DNA of 64,000 nt, taken from contig NZ_JBBKXE010000048.1 of the NCBI RefSeq assembly GCF_037969335.1, positions 4,327-68,326 of the forward strand, written 5' to 3'. The notes beneath the pieces are model-generated. The model ran no database searches, was not told the DNA's origin, and worked only from the letters and a program-made list of their open reading frames with translations. This stretch comes from Hyphomonas sp. Lineage in GTDB: Bacteria; Pseudomonadota; Alphaproteobacteria; Caulobacterales; Hyphomonadaceae. Position numbers and translations under genes: made by a program. Every line of letters begins with the position of its first letter. Positions within the stretch are counted from its first letter, which is position 1. Shown here piece by piece: positions 48,024-58,572 of the stretch.

Positions 48024-49426
48024 TGACCCACACGCTTCGCCTTGCCCCGCTGATGCTGTCTGTCGCGCTGGCGGGATGTGTCAATCTCGCGCCAGCCTAT
48101 GACCGCGTGGCGGCCCCCGTGCCGGACGCGTTGCCGGTTTCGGATGCTGACACGGGGGCTGCGGATGTACGCGGCTGGCAGGATCTTGTCGAATCCGATG
48201 CGCTGGAAAGCCTGATACAGCTGGCACTTGAGAACAATCGGGACCTGCGATCGGCAACCGCGCGGATCGCGATCGCCGAGGCGCAATACGGAATCACGCG
48301 GGCCGCGCGCCTGCCGACCCTGTCAGCCACGGGATCGGTGACGGAAGCGGGCGCGCTTGATGGCGACGATGCGTCCGCCTTCCTGACTGACAGCGCGCGG
48401 GCGCAATTGGGCGTGACAGCCTATGAACTGGACCTGTTCGGCCGGGTCGCGAGCCTGAATGAGGCAGCGCTGCAGGCCTACCTGTCGACGGTTGAAGGCG
48501 CGCGCAGCGTGAAGATTTCGCTGATCTCGTCTGTCGCGCAATCCTGGCTGACCCTTGCGGCGGATCAGGAGCGGTTGCGGCTGGCGCAGGAAACTGTCGA
48601 GAGCCAGGGCAAGTCGCTGGCACTGACGCGGGAATTGTTTGATTCCGGTGTCGTGACGGAGATTGATGTGCGCCGGGCCTCGGCCAGTGTCGAGACGGCG
48701 AAGGCGCAGGTGGCGCAGTTTACCGGACTGGTGCGGCAGGACGTGAATGCGCTGCGGCTGGTTGTCGGCGCGAACCTGCCTGCGAATGTGGCGGAGCAGG
48801 CCGTGCTGAGCCCGTCGCCGATCAAGGACAGGCTGGCTGTGGATGCGCCGTCGGACATCCTGCTCAATCGTCCTGATGTGCTGTCGGCCGAGCGGCAGTT
48901 GCGCGCCGCGAATGCGAATATCGGTGCGGCCCGCGCCGCCTATTTTCCGACGATCGCTCTGACCGGCAGCGCCGGGTATAGTAGCACTGGATTGGACGAC
49001 CTGTTCGATGGCAGCGGCGCGTGGAGCATTGGCCCGCAAGTGTCCCTGCCGATCTTCGACGGTGGCAGCCGCAAGGCGAATCTTGGCGTGTCCAAGGCCA
49101 GCCGCGACCTCGCGCTGGCGCAGTATGAGCAATCGATCCAGACGGCCTTCCGCGAGACCGCAGACGCGCTGGCGATCGCGCAGACGGTTGATGAGCGGAT
49201 CGACGCGCTGCGCCGCCTCGTTGATGATACGTCGGTGACCCTCAACCTGTCGCAGGAACGGTTCCGCGTCGGGATCGACGATTATTTCTCCGTTCTGGAT
49301 GCCCAGCGGGCCGACTACCAGTCGCGCCAGAACCTGATCGGTGCCGAACTGGACCGGGCCCTGAATGTCGTGGCCCTGTTCCGGGCACTTGGCGGCGGCC
49401 CCGTCGTGACGGTAACCGCCGAATAG
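48020..49426 (+). CDS. Efflux outer-membrane lipoprotein, OprM/NodT-like
   Basis: LAGC lipobox, NNRDLR, YELDLFG, RPDV..AE, ALGGG. Confidence 0.93.
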   Translation: MMTHTLRLAPLMLSVALAGCVNLAPAYDRVAAPVPDALPVSDADTGAADVRGWQDLVESDALESLIQLALENNRDLRSATARIAIAEAQYGITRAARLPTLSATGSVTEAGALDGDDASAFLTDSARAQLGVTAYELDLFGRVASLNEAALQAYLSTVEGARSVKISLISSVAQSWLTLAADQERLRLAQETVESQGKSLALTRELFDSGVVTEIDVRRASASVETAKAQVAQFTGLVRQDVNALRLVVGANLPANVAEQAVLSPSPIKDRLAVDAPSDILLNRPDVLSAERQLRAANANIGAARAAYFPTIALTGSAGYSSTGLDDLFDGSGAWSIGPQVSLPIFDGGSRKANLGVSKASRDLALAQYEQSIQTAFRETADALAIAQTVDERIDALRRLVDDTSVTLNLSQERFRVGIDDYFSVLDAQRADYQSRQNLIGAELDRALNVVALFRALGGGPVVTVTAE

Positions 49427-49430
49427 GCGC

Positions 49431-50723
49431 CTAGTCGAGCCGGGCAGCCCGTTCGGCGTCGGCCCGGTAGTTCCGGCTGGACATCAACAGGCAGAGAATA
49501 CTGAGCGCATTGAAGATGAGGATGAGCTCGAGCGCCCGTGCCAGCGGGTGAGCCTCGCCCTGCGCGGTGAAATAGTCGCTGAGGCTGCCAGCGATCCACG
49601 GACCGCAGCCGATGCCGATCAGCGTCAGGCAGAACAGCATGAAAGCCGAGGCGAAGGATCGCATGCGCAGCTGCACCAGTTCCTGTGAGGCCGTGTAGGC
49701 GATGCTGGCATAGATGAGGCCGACAAAGCTGGGCACCACGTTCCACGCATAAGCGAGGCCGACTGTGGGCGCGCGCAGGAACATCCAGGCGAAGGGCAGG
49801 GCGATGGCCGCACAGAGGGCGATGATCAGCGGGCGCCAGCGCAGGTCTTTCTTCGACAGGCGGTCACAGACCAGCCCGATGACAACCGCACCGATACTGC
49901 CGACGCCGCCGATGAGGAGGCCGAGCGGCCATGAGACCTGGCCGGGGGTGAGGCCGTAGGTGCGCTGGAGGTGGCTGGACGTGAAGACGAGGAAGGCGTT
50001 GGCCGAGATGCAGATTAGCAGGCAGCCGGCGAGGAGCCACAGATACGAGGTCTGCCCCATGATGAAGCGAAGTGTTTCCTTCAGCGACGGCGCGGGACGG
50101 TCGTCCTGGCGCGCTTCGGAATGGCCGCGCACGGGTTCGCGAATGGTGAAGCGGACGAGCAGGGCCAGCAACAGGCCCGGCACGCCGGCAACGAAGAAGG
50201 CCATGCGCCAGCCATAGGCTTCATAGACCAGGCCGCCGAGGGCGAAGCCGAGCATGACGCCAAGGCCGATGCCGGTCGTGTAGACGCCGAGGGCTGTGGC
50301 GCGTTCCTGAGGGGGGTAGAGGTCTGCGATCATGCTGGTGGCGGGCGGTGTGCCGCCGGCTTCGCCGACGCCGACGCCCATGCGGGCGACGAGGAGCTGC
50401 CAATAGGATTGCGACAGGCCGGACAGGGCGGTCATACCCGACCAGATGGTCAGGGCGATGGCGATGATGTTACGGCGGTTGCCGCGGTCGGCCCACATCG
50501 CGACCGGAATGCCCAACGTCGCATAGAAGGCCGCGAAGGCGATGCCGGTGAGCATGCCGAGCTGGCTGTCCTTCAGGCCGAGTTCGGTCTTGATCGGCTC
50601 GAGCAGGATGACGAGGATCTGCCGGTCGACATGGTTGAACGTGTAGACGAGCGTCAGCACCATAAGGACCCAAAGGCGACCTGAATTGGCAGCCTTCGCG
50701 GGGAGGGACGGAGCATTGGACAT
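49431..50723 (-). CDS. MFS transporter, spinster-like
   Basis: NHVDRQI, ADRGNRR, RMGVGVGEAG, IADLYPP; start MSNAPS. Confidence 0.9.
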   Translation of the reverse strand: MSNAPSLPAKAANSGRLWVLMVLTLVYTFNHVDRQILVILLEPIKTELGLKDSQLGMLTGIAFAAFYATLGIPVAMWADRGNRRNIIAIALTIWSGMTALSGLSQSYWQLLVARMGVGVGEAGGTPPATSMIADLYPPQERATALGVYTTGIGLGVMLGFALGGLVYEAYGWRMAFFVAGVPGLLLALLVRFTIREPVRGHSEARQDDRPAPSLKETLRFIMGQTSYLWLLAGCLLICISANAFLVFTSSHLQRTYGLTPGQVSWPLGLLIGGVGSIGAVVIGLVCDRLSKKDLRWRPLIIALCAAIALPFAWMFLRAPTVGLAYAWNVVPSFVGLIYASIAYTASQELVQLRMRSFASAFMLFCLTLIGIGCGPWIAGSLSDYFTAQGEAHPLARALELILIFNALSILCLLMSSRNYRADAERAARLD

Positions 50724-50856
50724 GTGTCGGGACCTGTATTCTGGCGCGCAGCACGCGGACGAAGGGGAAGAGCCGGAGAGGCAGTGGAGACCGAAAGGTC
50801 TCGCGCGATCAGCTATCGGCTCCCCTTGAAGCGAAATGAGCGAGGTTGATCCCCAC

Positions 50857-50872
50857 TTCAACAAGTGTTGAA
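50857..50872. promoter_or_regulatory. TetR operator, copy 1
   Basis: TTCAACA-AG-TGTTGAA between the divergent MFS and TetR genes. Confidence 0.75.
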
Positions 50873-50965
50873 ATATGGCCTGCTTTCACATGAGGGGCAA
50901 GACAAATGCGTCCTGCCCGTTAGTATCAGTGAATTCCTGCGACCGAACCCGAAGAGAAATAACCC

Positions 50966-51622
50966 ATGTCCCTAGCACTGCCCGATGACGGCAAACCCGT
51001 TCGCCGGACGGCGATCCTTGACGCCGCAGAAGCACAATTCGCCCAGCACGGGTATGATGGTGTGAACCTGCGGGCGATCGCCCGCGATGCCGGCGTGGAT
51101 GTCGCGCTGGCGAATTACCATTTCGGGAAGAAGCGCGACCTGTTCGACGCGGTGCTGATGCGACGGGCCGAAGTGCTGAACGCCTGGCGCCTCAAGGCGC
51201 TGGAGGACGCGCTGTCGGAGGCGAGGCCGAACCCGCCAAGCGTCGAGGCGATTGTCAGGGCCTATCTCAGGCCGCTGCTGACCGGATCGCATGTCACCGA
51301 GCCGGGCTGGAAGCATTATTATGCGCTGATCGCCTATGTGAACAATTCGACCGAATGGGGCGGCAAGCTGATGACCCAGTTCTTTGATCCGCTGATCATC
51401 CAGTTCATCGATGCGCTGCGACTGAGCCTCGGCGGTGTCGACGAGAAGGCGCTGTACTGGTCGTACCATTGTTTTTCCGGCGCGCTGACCCTGACCTTTG
51501 CCGAGACCGGCCGTATCGACTTGCTGTCGAAAGGCCTGTGCCACTCGGATGACCTGGCCGGGGCGTATGAACATGTCGTGCGCTTCATCACGGCAGGGTT
51601 CGAGTCGATCCGGCCGACCTGA
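50966..51622 (+). CDS. TetR family regulator
   Basis: GYDGVNLRAIARDAGVDVALANYHFGKK. Confidence 0.92.
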   Translation: MSLALPDDGKPVRRTAILDAAEAQFAQHGYDGVNLRAIARDAGVDVALANYHFGKKRDLFDAVLMRRAEVLNAWRLKALEDALSEARPNPPSVEAIVRAYLRPLLTGSHVTEPGWKHYYALIAYVNNSTEWGGKLMTQFFDPLIIQFIDALRLSLGGVDEKALYWSYHCFSGALTLTFAETGRIDLLSKGLCHSDDLAGAYEHVVRFITAGFESIRPT

Positions 51623-51624
51623 TC

Positions 51625-51669
51625 CGGAAACGAAAACGGCGGCATGTTGCCATGCCGCCGTCGTTTCCG
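51625..51669. terminator. Hairpin between convergent genes, probable bidirectional terminator
   Basis: ACGGCGGCATG-TTGC-CATGCCGCCGT, flanked by CGGAAACG/CGTTTCCG. Confidence 0.7.
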
Positions 51670-51686
51670 TGAGGAAAGTTCAAGTC

Positions 51687-54035
51687 CTAGTATTTGAAGT
51701 CGACGCCGAACGTGACGGTACGCGGATCGCCGTAGAAGCCGGTCAGCGTGCCTTCGAGGCCGAGTGTCGGTGTGATCGTGCCGTTCGTGTTGACGTTCAC
51801 GAAATTATAGCCCGCCACGATGTAGCGTTCGTCTGTGAGGTTCTTGCCGTTGAGGCTGAAGCCCCAACGTCCGCCTTCGGTTTCCCAACGCATGCCGACG
51901 TCGACAAGCGTGAAGGCCGGCTGGTCGAGGTATGCACTCGGCACCTCGAACTGGCTGGAGTCGCCACGATAGGAGACCAGCGTGTTCATGAGGAGGCGAC
52001 CGTTATTGTCGAGGATCGTAAGCGGCGTGTCATAGGAAAGACGGCCACTTGCGGTCCAGTCCGGCGTGTTCTGAATGACGCGGGCATTGGCGACGTCGTT
52101 GCCGAACGCATCAATGTATTCGTCGTATTGTGCATCGACATAGCCAACCGACCAGCCAAGGTTGAACAGGTCGGACTGGTTGAACACCTGCTCGGCGAGC
52201 GTGGCGCTGCCTTCGAATTCAATACCCCAGATCGTGGCAGCGGCGGCATTCGTCGTTACGCCGGTAAATGTATCGTTGACGCCGTCATTGTCGGTGTCGA
52301 TGCCAACCGAACCGGGAACCTGAACATCCTTGTAGTCGGAATAGAAGGCCGCGACGCTGTAGTTGAGGTCGCCACCATACTGGCTGCCCTTGTAGCCGAT
52401 TTCGTAGCTGTCGACTTCTTCCGGTTCGAACTGCATGAATTCGTAGATTTCAGCATCAGTGACCGTTCCGCTGAGGTCGAGGTCGGGAGCAGCCGTTGTC
52501 TGGCCGCGTGGATCGAAGCCACCCCCCTTGAAGCCCTGAGCATAGGTTGCATAGAGGTTGCTGGAATCGGTCGCCTTGTAGCTGACCGAAAGGCGCGGGC
52601 TGAAATCGTCAAACGTGGCCGAGCCGTTGAAGTCTGACGTTGTCGCGATCAGGAGCGGGTTGCCGCCGAAGTATTCAGAGAACCCACCGATATAAGTGCG
52701 ACGGAGGACTTTCGCGGTCCGCTCGTCTTCGGTGTAACGGGCGCCGACCGTGACGCTGAAGCGATCCGTCAGATCATAGGTGAAGTCGCCGAAGATCGAC
52801 CATGTCTTGGTACCGACATCGCCGAAAGTCTGGGCATTCAGGCCAGGCAGCAAAAGCAGGTCGCCGGTGGTGCCGAGCAGAACGTCGAACACGGTCGAAG
52901 CATTGGCATCGAGATAGTAGACGCCGACGATGCCGTTGAGGCGTTCGCTGGAATACAGGACCTGGAATTCTTCCGAGAACTGGTCGTTCGCATAGTTGGC
53001 CGGAACGTCGAGATCGGCTTCGGGAAGGCTATCAAAGTCGATCGGCGAGGTGCTCTCGTCTTCGCGATAGGCGAGGATGTTCTTGAGCGTGATCGTGTCG
53101 GACAGGGTGTATTCGCCGACGATGGAGCCGCCATAGGCTTCCGATTCCTGCTTCACGACATTCAGGCCAGCCCGCGTGTCATATTCGCTGTCGAGGACAG
53201 GGTAGGTGAAGGGTGCGAACTGGTCAGGGATCAGGCGGTGGCCCTGACGGGCGTTCGAATCGTCCTTGGTGTAGTCGGCGGCGAAGCGAAGCTGGAAGTC
53301 CGGATTGACGTCCCACTCGGCGGACAAACGAGAGGACGCGACGTCCTTGTTGTAGTTGTCCTTACCGGTGATGATGTTCTCGCCGAAGCCGTCGCGATAG
53401 AGCGCTGCGACGGCGCCGCCGACGCGGAACGTGTCCGACAGGGGCGCGCTGGCCGAGACGACGACTTCTTTCTGGCCATAGGTGCCGACAGCAGCGCGAA
53501 CCTTGAGAGCCGGCTCATTGGCGAGCGACCGGGTGACGTATTTGACGGCGCCACCGATCGTGTTGCGACCGTAGAGCGTGCCCTGCGGGCCGCGCAGGAC
53601 TTCGATGCGCTCGACGTCGAACACGTCAAGGACGGCGCTTTGCGGGCGGTTGAGATAGACGTCGTCGACATAGATGCCGACACCGGCTTCAAAACCGGCA
53701 ACAGGATCCTGCTGGCCGACACCGCGGATGAAGGCGGTGAGCGTGGAATTGGTGCCGCGCGACACTTCGAGCGTGACGTTCGGGGAGATTTTCGCGACTT
53801 CGGTGATGTCTGCGACGCCGAGTTCGGCGAGCAGGTCGCCGTCAAAGGCGGAGACCGACAGTGGCACGTCGATGAGGTTCTGTTCGCGGCGCTGGGCGGT
53901 GACAACGACCGGGCCGAATCGGCGCTCGGTTTGCGCACCGGCGTCTTCGTCAACCTGGGCAAAGGCAGGCGCGAGCGGTGTCAGCGCGCTGGCTGCCAGG
54001 GCGATCAACGCGACGCGGGATGTGTGCTTGTTCAT
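51687..54035 (-). CDS. TonB-dependent receptor
   Basis: VVVTAQRREQ, IRGVG, RIEVLRGPQGTLYGRNTIGG, KNLTDE, terminal Tyr; GAGGAGG SD. Confidence 0.95.
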   Translation of the reverse strand: MNKHTSRVALIALAASALTPLAPAFAQVDEDAGAQTERRFGPVVVTAQRREQNLIDVPLSVSAFDGDLLAELGVADITEVAKISPNVTLEVSRGTNSTLTAFIRGVGQQDPVAGFEAGVGIYVDDVYLNRPQSAVLDVFDVERIEVLRGPQGTLYGRNTIGGAVKYVTRSLANEPALKVRAAVGTYGQKEVVVSASAPLSDTFRVGGAVAALYRDGFGENIITGKDNYNKDVASSRLSAEWDVNPDFQLRFAADYTKDDSNARQGHRLIPDQFAPFTYPVLDSEYDTRAGLNVVKQESEAYGGSIVGEYTLSDTITLKNILAYREDESTSPIDFDSLPEADLDVPANYANDQFSEEFQVLYSSERLNGIVGVYYLDANASTVFDVLLGTTGDLLLLPGLNAQTFGDVGTKTWSIFGDFTYDLTDRFSVTVGARYTEDERTAKVLRRTYIGGFSEYFGGNPLLIATTSDFNGSATFDDFSPRLSVSYKATDSSNLYATYAQGFKGGGFDPRGQTTAAPDLDLSGTVTDAEIYEFMQFEPEEVDSYEIGYKGSQYGGDLNYSVAAFYSDYKDVQVPGSVGIDTDNDGVNDTFTGVTTNAAAATIWGIEFEGSATLAEQVFNQSDLFNLGWSVGYVDAQYDEYIDAFGNDVANARVIQNTPDWTASGRLSYDTPLTILDNNGRLLMNTLVSYRGDSSQFEVPSAYLDQPAFTLVDVGMRWETEGGRWGFSLNGKNLTDERYIVAGYNFVNVNTNGTITPTLGLEGTLTGFYGDPRTVTFGVDFKY

Positions 54036-54081
54036 TAGCGGTCCTCCTCGGGGTCGAATGCGAAATGCTTCGACTCTCAAT

Positions 54082-54097
54082 TTCAACAATTGTTGAA
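54082..54097. promoter_or_regulatory. TetR operator, copy 2
   Basis: TTCAACA-AT-TGTTGAA upstream of the receptor. Confidence 0.75.
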
Positions 54098-54254
54098 AAA
54101 CGCCTCAAAGCGGCCACTTTGTCAATTGCCTTCTACTTCGTGCAAGATTTTATCCGGGGAGCCGTGACTTTATCGCCACGCTGGGTTCACGGCGGGATGT
54201 AGGGCTGCCCTGTCGCCTTGCCGCTCCGGCCTTCAGCCCGTACCTGACGCAGCG

Positions 54255-54746
54255 ATGGCCGATCACACTGACCTCCTGAAGTCCCTTCGCCAGATTACGC
54301 AGGCGATAGACCTCTATTCAAAACAGCTCCTGAAAGAGACCGGACTGACCTCTCCCCAGTTGCTGGTATTGCAGGCTGTCAGTATGCGCGGACGGGAAAA
54401 GCCGTCCGAAATCGCCCGCGCCGTGAACCTGTCGCAGGGCACGATCACGTCAATTGTCGACAATCTGGCCCGGGCCGGACTGGTCGACCGTGAGCGCAAT
54501 GCCGGAGACAAGCGGGTGATCGAAGTAGTCGTGACGGACGCCGGACGTGTGCGCCTTGCAGACGCGCCAGCACCGTTGCAGCACGATTTCCTCAAGCAAT
54601 TTGGCGCGCTCGCGGATTGGGAGAAGTCGCTGCTTGTCTCATCCGTTCAGCGCATTGCGGGGATGATGCAGGCCGATGGCCTGGACGCCGCACCGATTCT
54701 CGAGATTGGCGACCTGTCGCCGGATGCGCCGAAGCGCCAAAGCTGA
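54255..54746 (+). CDS. MarR regulator, CosR/EctR-like
   Basis: LRQITQAIDLYSK.L...GLTSPQL and WEKSLLVSSVQRIAGMM...DAAPIL, recalled as CosR/EctR signatures. Confidence 0.8.
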   Translation: MADHTDLLKSLRQITQAIDLYSKQLLKETGLTSPQLLVLQAVSMRGREKPSEIARAVNLSQGTITSIVDNLARAGLVDRERNAGDKRVIEVVVTDAGRVRLADAPAPLQHDFLKQFGALADWEKSLLVSSVQRIAGMMQADGLDAAPILEIGDLSPDAPKRQS

Positions 54747-54752
54747 GGGGCC

Positions 54753-55913
54753 TTAGCGTTCGACCTGTTCCATCTCATCTTCGGCGGGGCTGTCCCATGG
54801 CAGGTGGCGCTCGTCGAGTACGACGAGGTTATCGCGCGAAATGATGGTCGCGCGCGTGTGGTAGCCAAGCAGCTTGGTCGTCGGTTCTTCCAGGTTGCGG
54901 GCAAGCAGCATGGTTTCTTCGGACGAGAAGTTGGACAGGCCGCGGGCGCGCTCGACGCCTGCCTCATCATAGACATGGATGACGTCGCTGCGGACATAGG
55001 GGCCATGGATGGAGATGACGTCCGCACGTTCGACGCCACGCTTGCCAGCTTCGAGCAGATCGGCCGCTTCCTGGCTGATAACAATGCTGCCGGCCATCTG
55101 GAGTCGGTCAGTGAGCCAGGCAGCCCATGCGGAGGCGGGCTCGGTGTTGGCGATGCATTTGGTGTGCGGGCGTTCGCCCTTGAGCACGGATGAAACCGGA
55201 TTGTCGGCCTCGCCATTGGCAATGAGGGTCGTGCAGCCGGCATGCTGGGCCATGTTGGCGGCCTGCATCTTGGTGAGCATGCCACCGCTGCCGAGCGCAC
55301 TCGTGCCTTCGGTGACGGACAGGTATTCCGAGACGTCGTGGAGTTCTTCGACCAGCTTGGCGCCGGGTTCGGACGGGTCCTTGTCGTAGAGGCCATCGAC
55401 GCTGGTCAGGATGATCAGGTGCGATGCCTGGATCATCTGGGCGATACGTGCGGCCAGACGGTCATTGTCGCCGACGCGGATTTCTTCGGTCGTGATTGTG
55501 TCGTTCTCATTGACGATTGGCATGACATTGCCGTTGAGCAGGCGGTGAACCGTGTTCTTGGTGTTGAGGAACCGGCGCCGCTCTTCGAGGTCGCCGCGCG
55601 TCACCAATACCTGGGCAATGTCGAAATTGAACTCAAGTGCGACCTGCTTGTAGGCGCTGAGAAGGATGGGCATGCCGCAGGCTGCGGCGGCCTGCTTGTC
55701 GCGGAGCCCGGCATTCTCGGGCGTGACGTTGAGCGTGTTCAGACCCAGCGCCACCGCGCCGGACGAGGTCAGCACGACTTCGTAGCCGTCTGCGCGCAGG
55801 AGCGCGATATCTTCCAGCAGTCGCTGAATGAACGCCCAGCGGGGGGTGAGCAGGTCAGGATTGGCCAGAAGGCTTGATCCGACTTTCACGACGATCCGTT
55901 TTGTCTGAGGCAA
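54753..55913 (-). CDS. proB: Glutamate 5-kinase with PUA domain
   Basis: VVKVGSS, SSGAVA, NENDT, GDNDRL, GSGGMLTK. Confidence 0.95.
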   Translation of the reverse strand: MPQTKRIVVKVGSSLLANPDLLTPRWAFIQRLLEDIALLRADGYEVVLTSSGAVALGLNTLNVTPENAGLRDKQAAAACGMPILLSAYKQVALEFNFDIAQVLVTRGDLEERRRFLNTKNTVHRLLNGNVMPIVNENDTITTEEIRVGDNDRLAARIAQMIQASHLIILTSVDGLYDKDPSEPGAKLVEELHDVSEYLSVTEGTSALGSGGMLTKMQAANMAQHAGCTTLIANGEADNPVSSVLKGERPHTKCIANTEPASAWAAWLTDRLQMAGSIVISQEAADLLEAGKRGVERADVISIHGPYVRSDVIHVYDEAGVERARGLSNFSSEETMLLARNLEEPTTKLLGYHTRATIISRDNLVVLDERHLPWDSPAEDEMEQVER

Positions 55914-56107
55914 TTTTCAACTCCGTAAGTCTGAGCGCACGAACTAGGTGTGTTTTGAAGAGGAAACAACTCGCTGGCGGATAAAACGACTGTGCTTTGT
56001 GACCTGACAAGCCGTATTCGCCGAATTATTGGCAATGAAAGCAAAGTGCTGGACGCTTGCCTTGAAAAATATGAAAAAAGTTTGGTATGCGCCGCGTGTG
56101 ATAAAAA

Positions 56108-56119
56108 TTTGAACTCAAA
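56108..56119. promoter_or_regulatory. Putative CosR-like operator
   Basis: TTTGA-AC-TCAAA palindrome in the proB/proC divergent region. Confidence 0.45.
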
Positions 56120-56197
56120 GCAAAAACGACTAGGAAGGCCGCAAAGGGGATCTTTGCGATTCCGGTCACTCAGGCGTTACAGGAACAGAAAGTCACA

Positions 56198-56977
56198 ATG
56201 AAGGCACTTTTGGTTGGATGTGGAAAAATGGGCGGCGCCTTGCTGCAACAATGGTCACGGTCTGCGGATTGGGATTTTACCGTTGTGGACCCGTTCGCTG
56301 ACACCGTGCCCGAAGGCGTGACTCTGCTGAAAGCCCGAGAGGACCTTCCTGACACATTGTTCGACCTGTTGATCGTCGCGGTGAAACCGCAAATGATTGA
56401 CGAGGTCATGCCAGCCTACCAGGCGAACCTTGCGCCCTCGGGCGTGGTCGCCTCGATCGCGGCCGGGTGTTCGGTTGACCGCCTGAAGGCTGCGACAGGT
56501 GCAGGGGCAGTGATCCGGATCATGCCCAACCTGCCGGCCCTGATCGCCAAGGGCGTGAGCGGCCTGTATGCGAGCCCGGAATGCACCGGCGACCAGAAGA
56601 CAGCCGTGGAAGCCCTGATGCAGCGGGCTGGCACGACCGTGTGGGTTGATGATGAGGATGCGCTCGACCGTGTGACGGCCGTTGCCGGCAGCGGGCCCGG
56701 CTATGTCTTCGAAATCGCGCGGACCTATATCGCCGCAGCGGAAGCCCTTGGCTTCACGAACAGCCAGGCGCGCGCGCTCGTGCTGGGCACAATGGCTGGC
56801 GCGGTCGAGATGGCGCAGCAATCTGACGAAACCGTCGAGACGCTGCGCAATTCGGTCACCAGCAAGAACGGCACGACACAAGCGGGCCTCGAAGCCCTCA
56901 ACGCAGACGGCACGCTCACCGAGCTGATGCTGCGCACAACCCAGGCCGCTTATGACCGGGCCGTGGAACTGCGTTAG
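56198..56977 (+). CDS. proC: Pyrroline-5-carboxylate reductase
   Basis: GCGKMG, AVKPQ, SIAAG, RIMPN, GSGPGY, VTSKNGTT. Confidence 0.95.
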   Translation: MKALLVGCGKMGGALLQQWSRSADWDFTVVDPFADTVPEGVTLLKAREDLPDTLFDLLIVAVKPQMIDEVMPAYQANLAPSGVVASIAAGCSVDRLKAATGAGAVIRIMPNLPALIAKGVSGLYASPECTGDQKTAVEALMQRAGTTVWVDDEDALDRVTAVAGSGPGYVFEIARTYIAAAEALGFTNSQARALVLGTMAGAVEMAQQSDETVETLRNSVTSKNGTTQAGLEALNADGTLTELMLRTTQAAYDRAVELR

Positions 56978-57051
56978 GCGTTTCAGGCGGATTCTGGCAT
57001 CAGTGCCGACACTTATCCAAAGACTCACAGACGACAGAGAAGAAAATCCAT

Positions 57052-58560
57052 ATGAATACAGCAGCCCTGATTTCGCTCGGCGCCTATTTTGTCCTGATGA
57101 TGCTGATCGGGCTTTATGCCTACCGTACGTCCACGAGTGACGTTTCAGAGTACATGCTTGGCGGCCGCCATCTGCATCCGGCGGTCGGCGCTCTGTCTGC
57201 GGGCGCTTCCGACATGAGCGGCTGGATGCTGATGGGGCTGCCGGGCGCGATTTACGTCTCCGGGTTCGGTGCTGCGTGGATTGCCGTCGGTTTGGTCATC
57301 GGGGCCTATCTGAACTACCGCCTCGTTGCGCCGAGGCTGCGCGTCTATACAGAACTGGCAAATGACTCGATCACGATCCCGGAATTCTTCGAGAACCGCT
57401 TTATAGACAAATCACATGCCCTGCGCGTGCTGTCGTCAGTCGTCATCATCGTCTTTTTCACACTCTATACCTCCGCCGGTGTCGTCGCGGGCGGCAAGTT
57501 GTTTGAGGCGTCGTTCGGCCTCGATTATTCGATCGGCCTGTTCCTGACGGCCGGTGTTGTCGTTGCCTATACGATGTTTGGCGGTTTCCTCGCGGTCAGC
57601 CTCACCGACTTTGTGCAGGGCTGCATCATGTTCATTGCGCTGATCCTGGTGCCCATCGTGACGCTGAATGAGCTCGGCGGCATCGAGGAGACGGCGGCCG
57701 TCGTGCGGAGCGTGGATCCGAGCCTGCTCGACTGGATGCGCGGCGCGACCGTATTCGGCATCATATCCAGCCTGTCATGGGGGCTTGGCTACTTTGGCCA
57801 GCCGCACATCATCGTGCGATTCATGGCCATCCGGTCGCTGAAATCCATTGCGACCGCACGCTATATTGGCATGGCGTGGATGATCATCACCGTGATCGGC
57901 GCCGTAGCGACCGGTATTATCGGCCTGGCCTTCGTGACCAAGACCGATGCGGTGCTGGCGGATCCGGAGACCGTGTTCATCCTGTTGTCCCAGGTCCTGT
58001 TCCACCCGCTCATCTCGGGCTTCCTGCTGGCGGCGATCCTGGCGGCCATCATGAGCACGATTTCATCGCAATTGCTGGTGTCGTCGAGTTCATTGACCGA
58101 GGATTTCTACAAGCCCTTCCTGCGCAAGAATGCGAGCCAGAAGGAGCTGGTCATGGTTGGGCGCCTGTCGGTTCTCGCCGTGTCGTTGGTGGCGATCGGG
58201 CTTGCCTTTGACCGGTCGAGTAACGTCCTGTCGCTGGTCAGCAACGCATGGGCCGGGTTTGGTGCCGCGTTTGGACCGCTCGTCATCCTGAGCCTGTTCT
58301 GGCGTGGTGTGACCCGAGACGGCGCGCTGGCCGGCATGGTCGTCGGCGCCGCAACGGTCCTGTTCTGGCTGTATGCGCCGATCACGATTGACGGGCAGTC
58401 CCTGTCATCGATTCTCTATGAGATTGTACCCGGGTTCTTCCTGAGCTTCGTCACCACGCTGGTGGTGAGTATGGTCGGGCGCCCTGCCCAGCCGCAGGTG
58501 CAGGCGCAGTTCGATGAAATGAAGGTTGCCATGTCGGCCGAGAAGCAGCCGCTTTTCTAG
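57052..58560 (+). CDS. putP: Sodium/proline symporter
   Basis: ALSAGASDMSGW, GLGYFGQPHI, AAIMSTISSQLL, AWAGFGAAFGP. Confidence 0.95.
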   Translation: MNTAALISLGAYFVLMMLIGLYAYRTSTSDVSEYMLGGRHLHPAVGALSAGASDMSGWMLMGLPGAIYVSGFGAAWIAVGLVIGAYLNYRLVAPRLRVYTELANDSITIPEFFENRFIDKSHALRVLSSVVIIVFFTLYTSAGVVAGGKLFEASFGLDYSIGLFLTAGVVVAYTMFGGFLAVSLTDFVQGCIMFIALILVPIVTLNELGGIEETAAVVRSVDPSLLDWMRGATVFGIISSLSWGLGYFGQPHIIVRFMAIRSLKSIATARYIGMAWMIITVIGAVATGIIGLAFVTKTDAVLADPETVFILLSQVLFHPLISGFLLAAILAAIMSTISSQLLVSSSSLTEDFYKPFLRKNASQKELVMVGRLSVLAVSLVAIGLAFDRSSNVLSLVSNAWAGFGAAFGPLVILSLFWRGVTRDGALAGMVVGAATVLFWLYAPITIDGQSLSSILYEIVPGFFLSFVTTLVVSMVGRPAQPQVQAQFDEMKVAMSAEKQPLF

Positions 58561-58572
58561 CGACGTCCTGAC

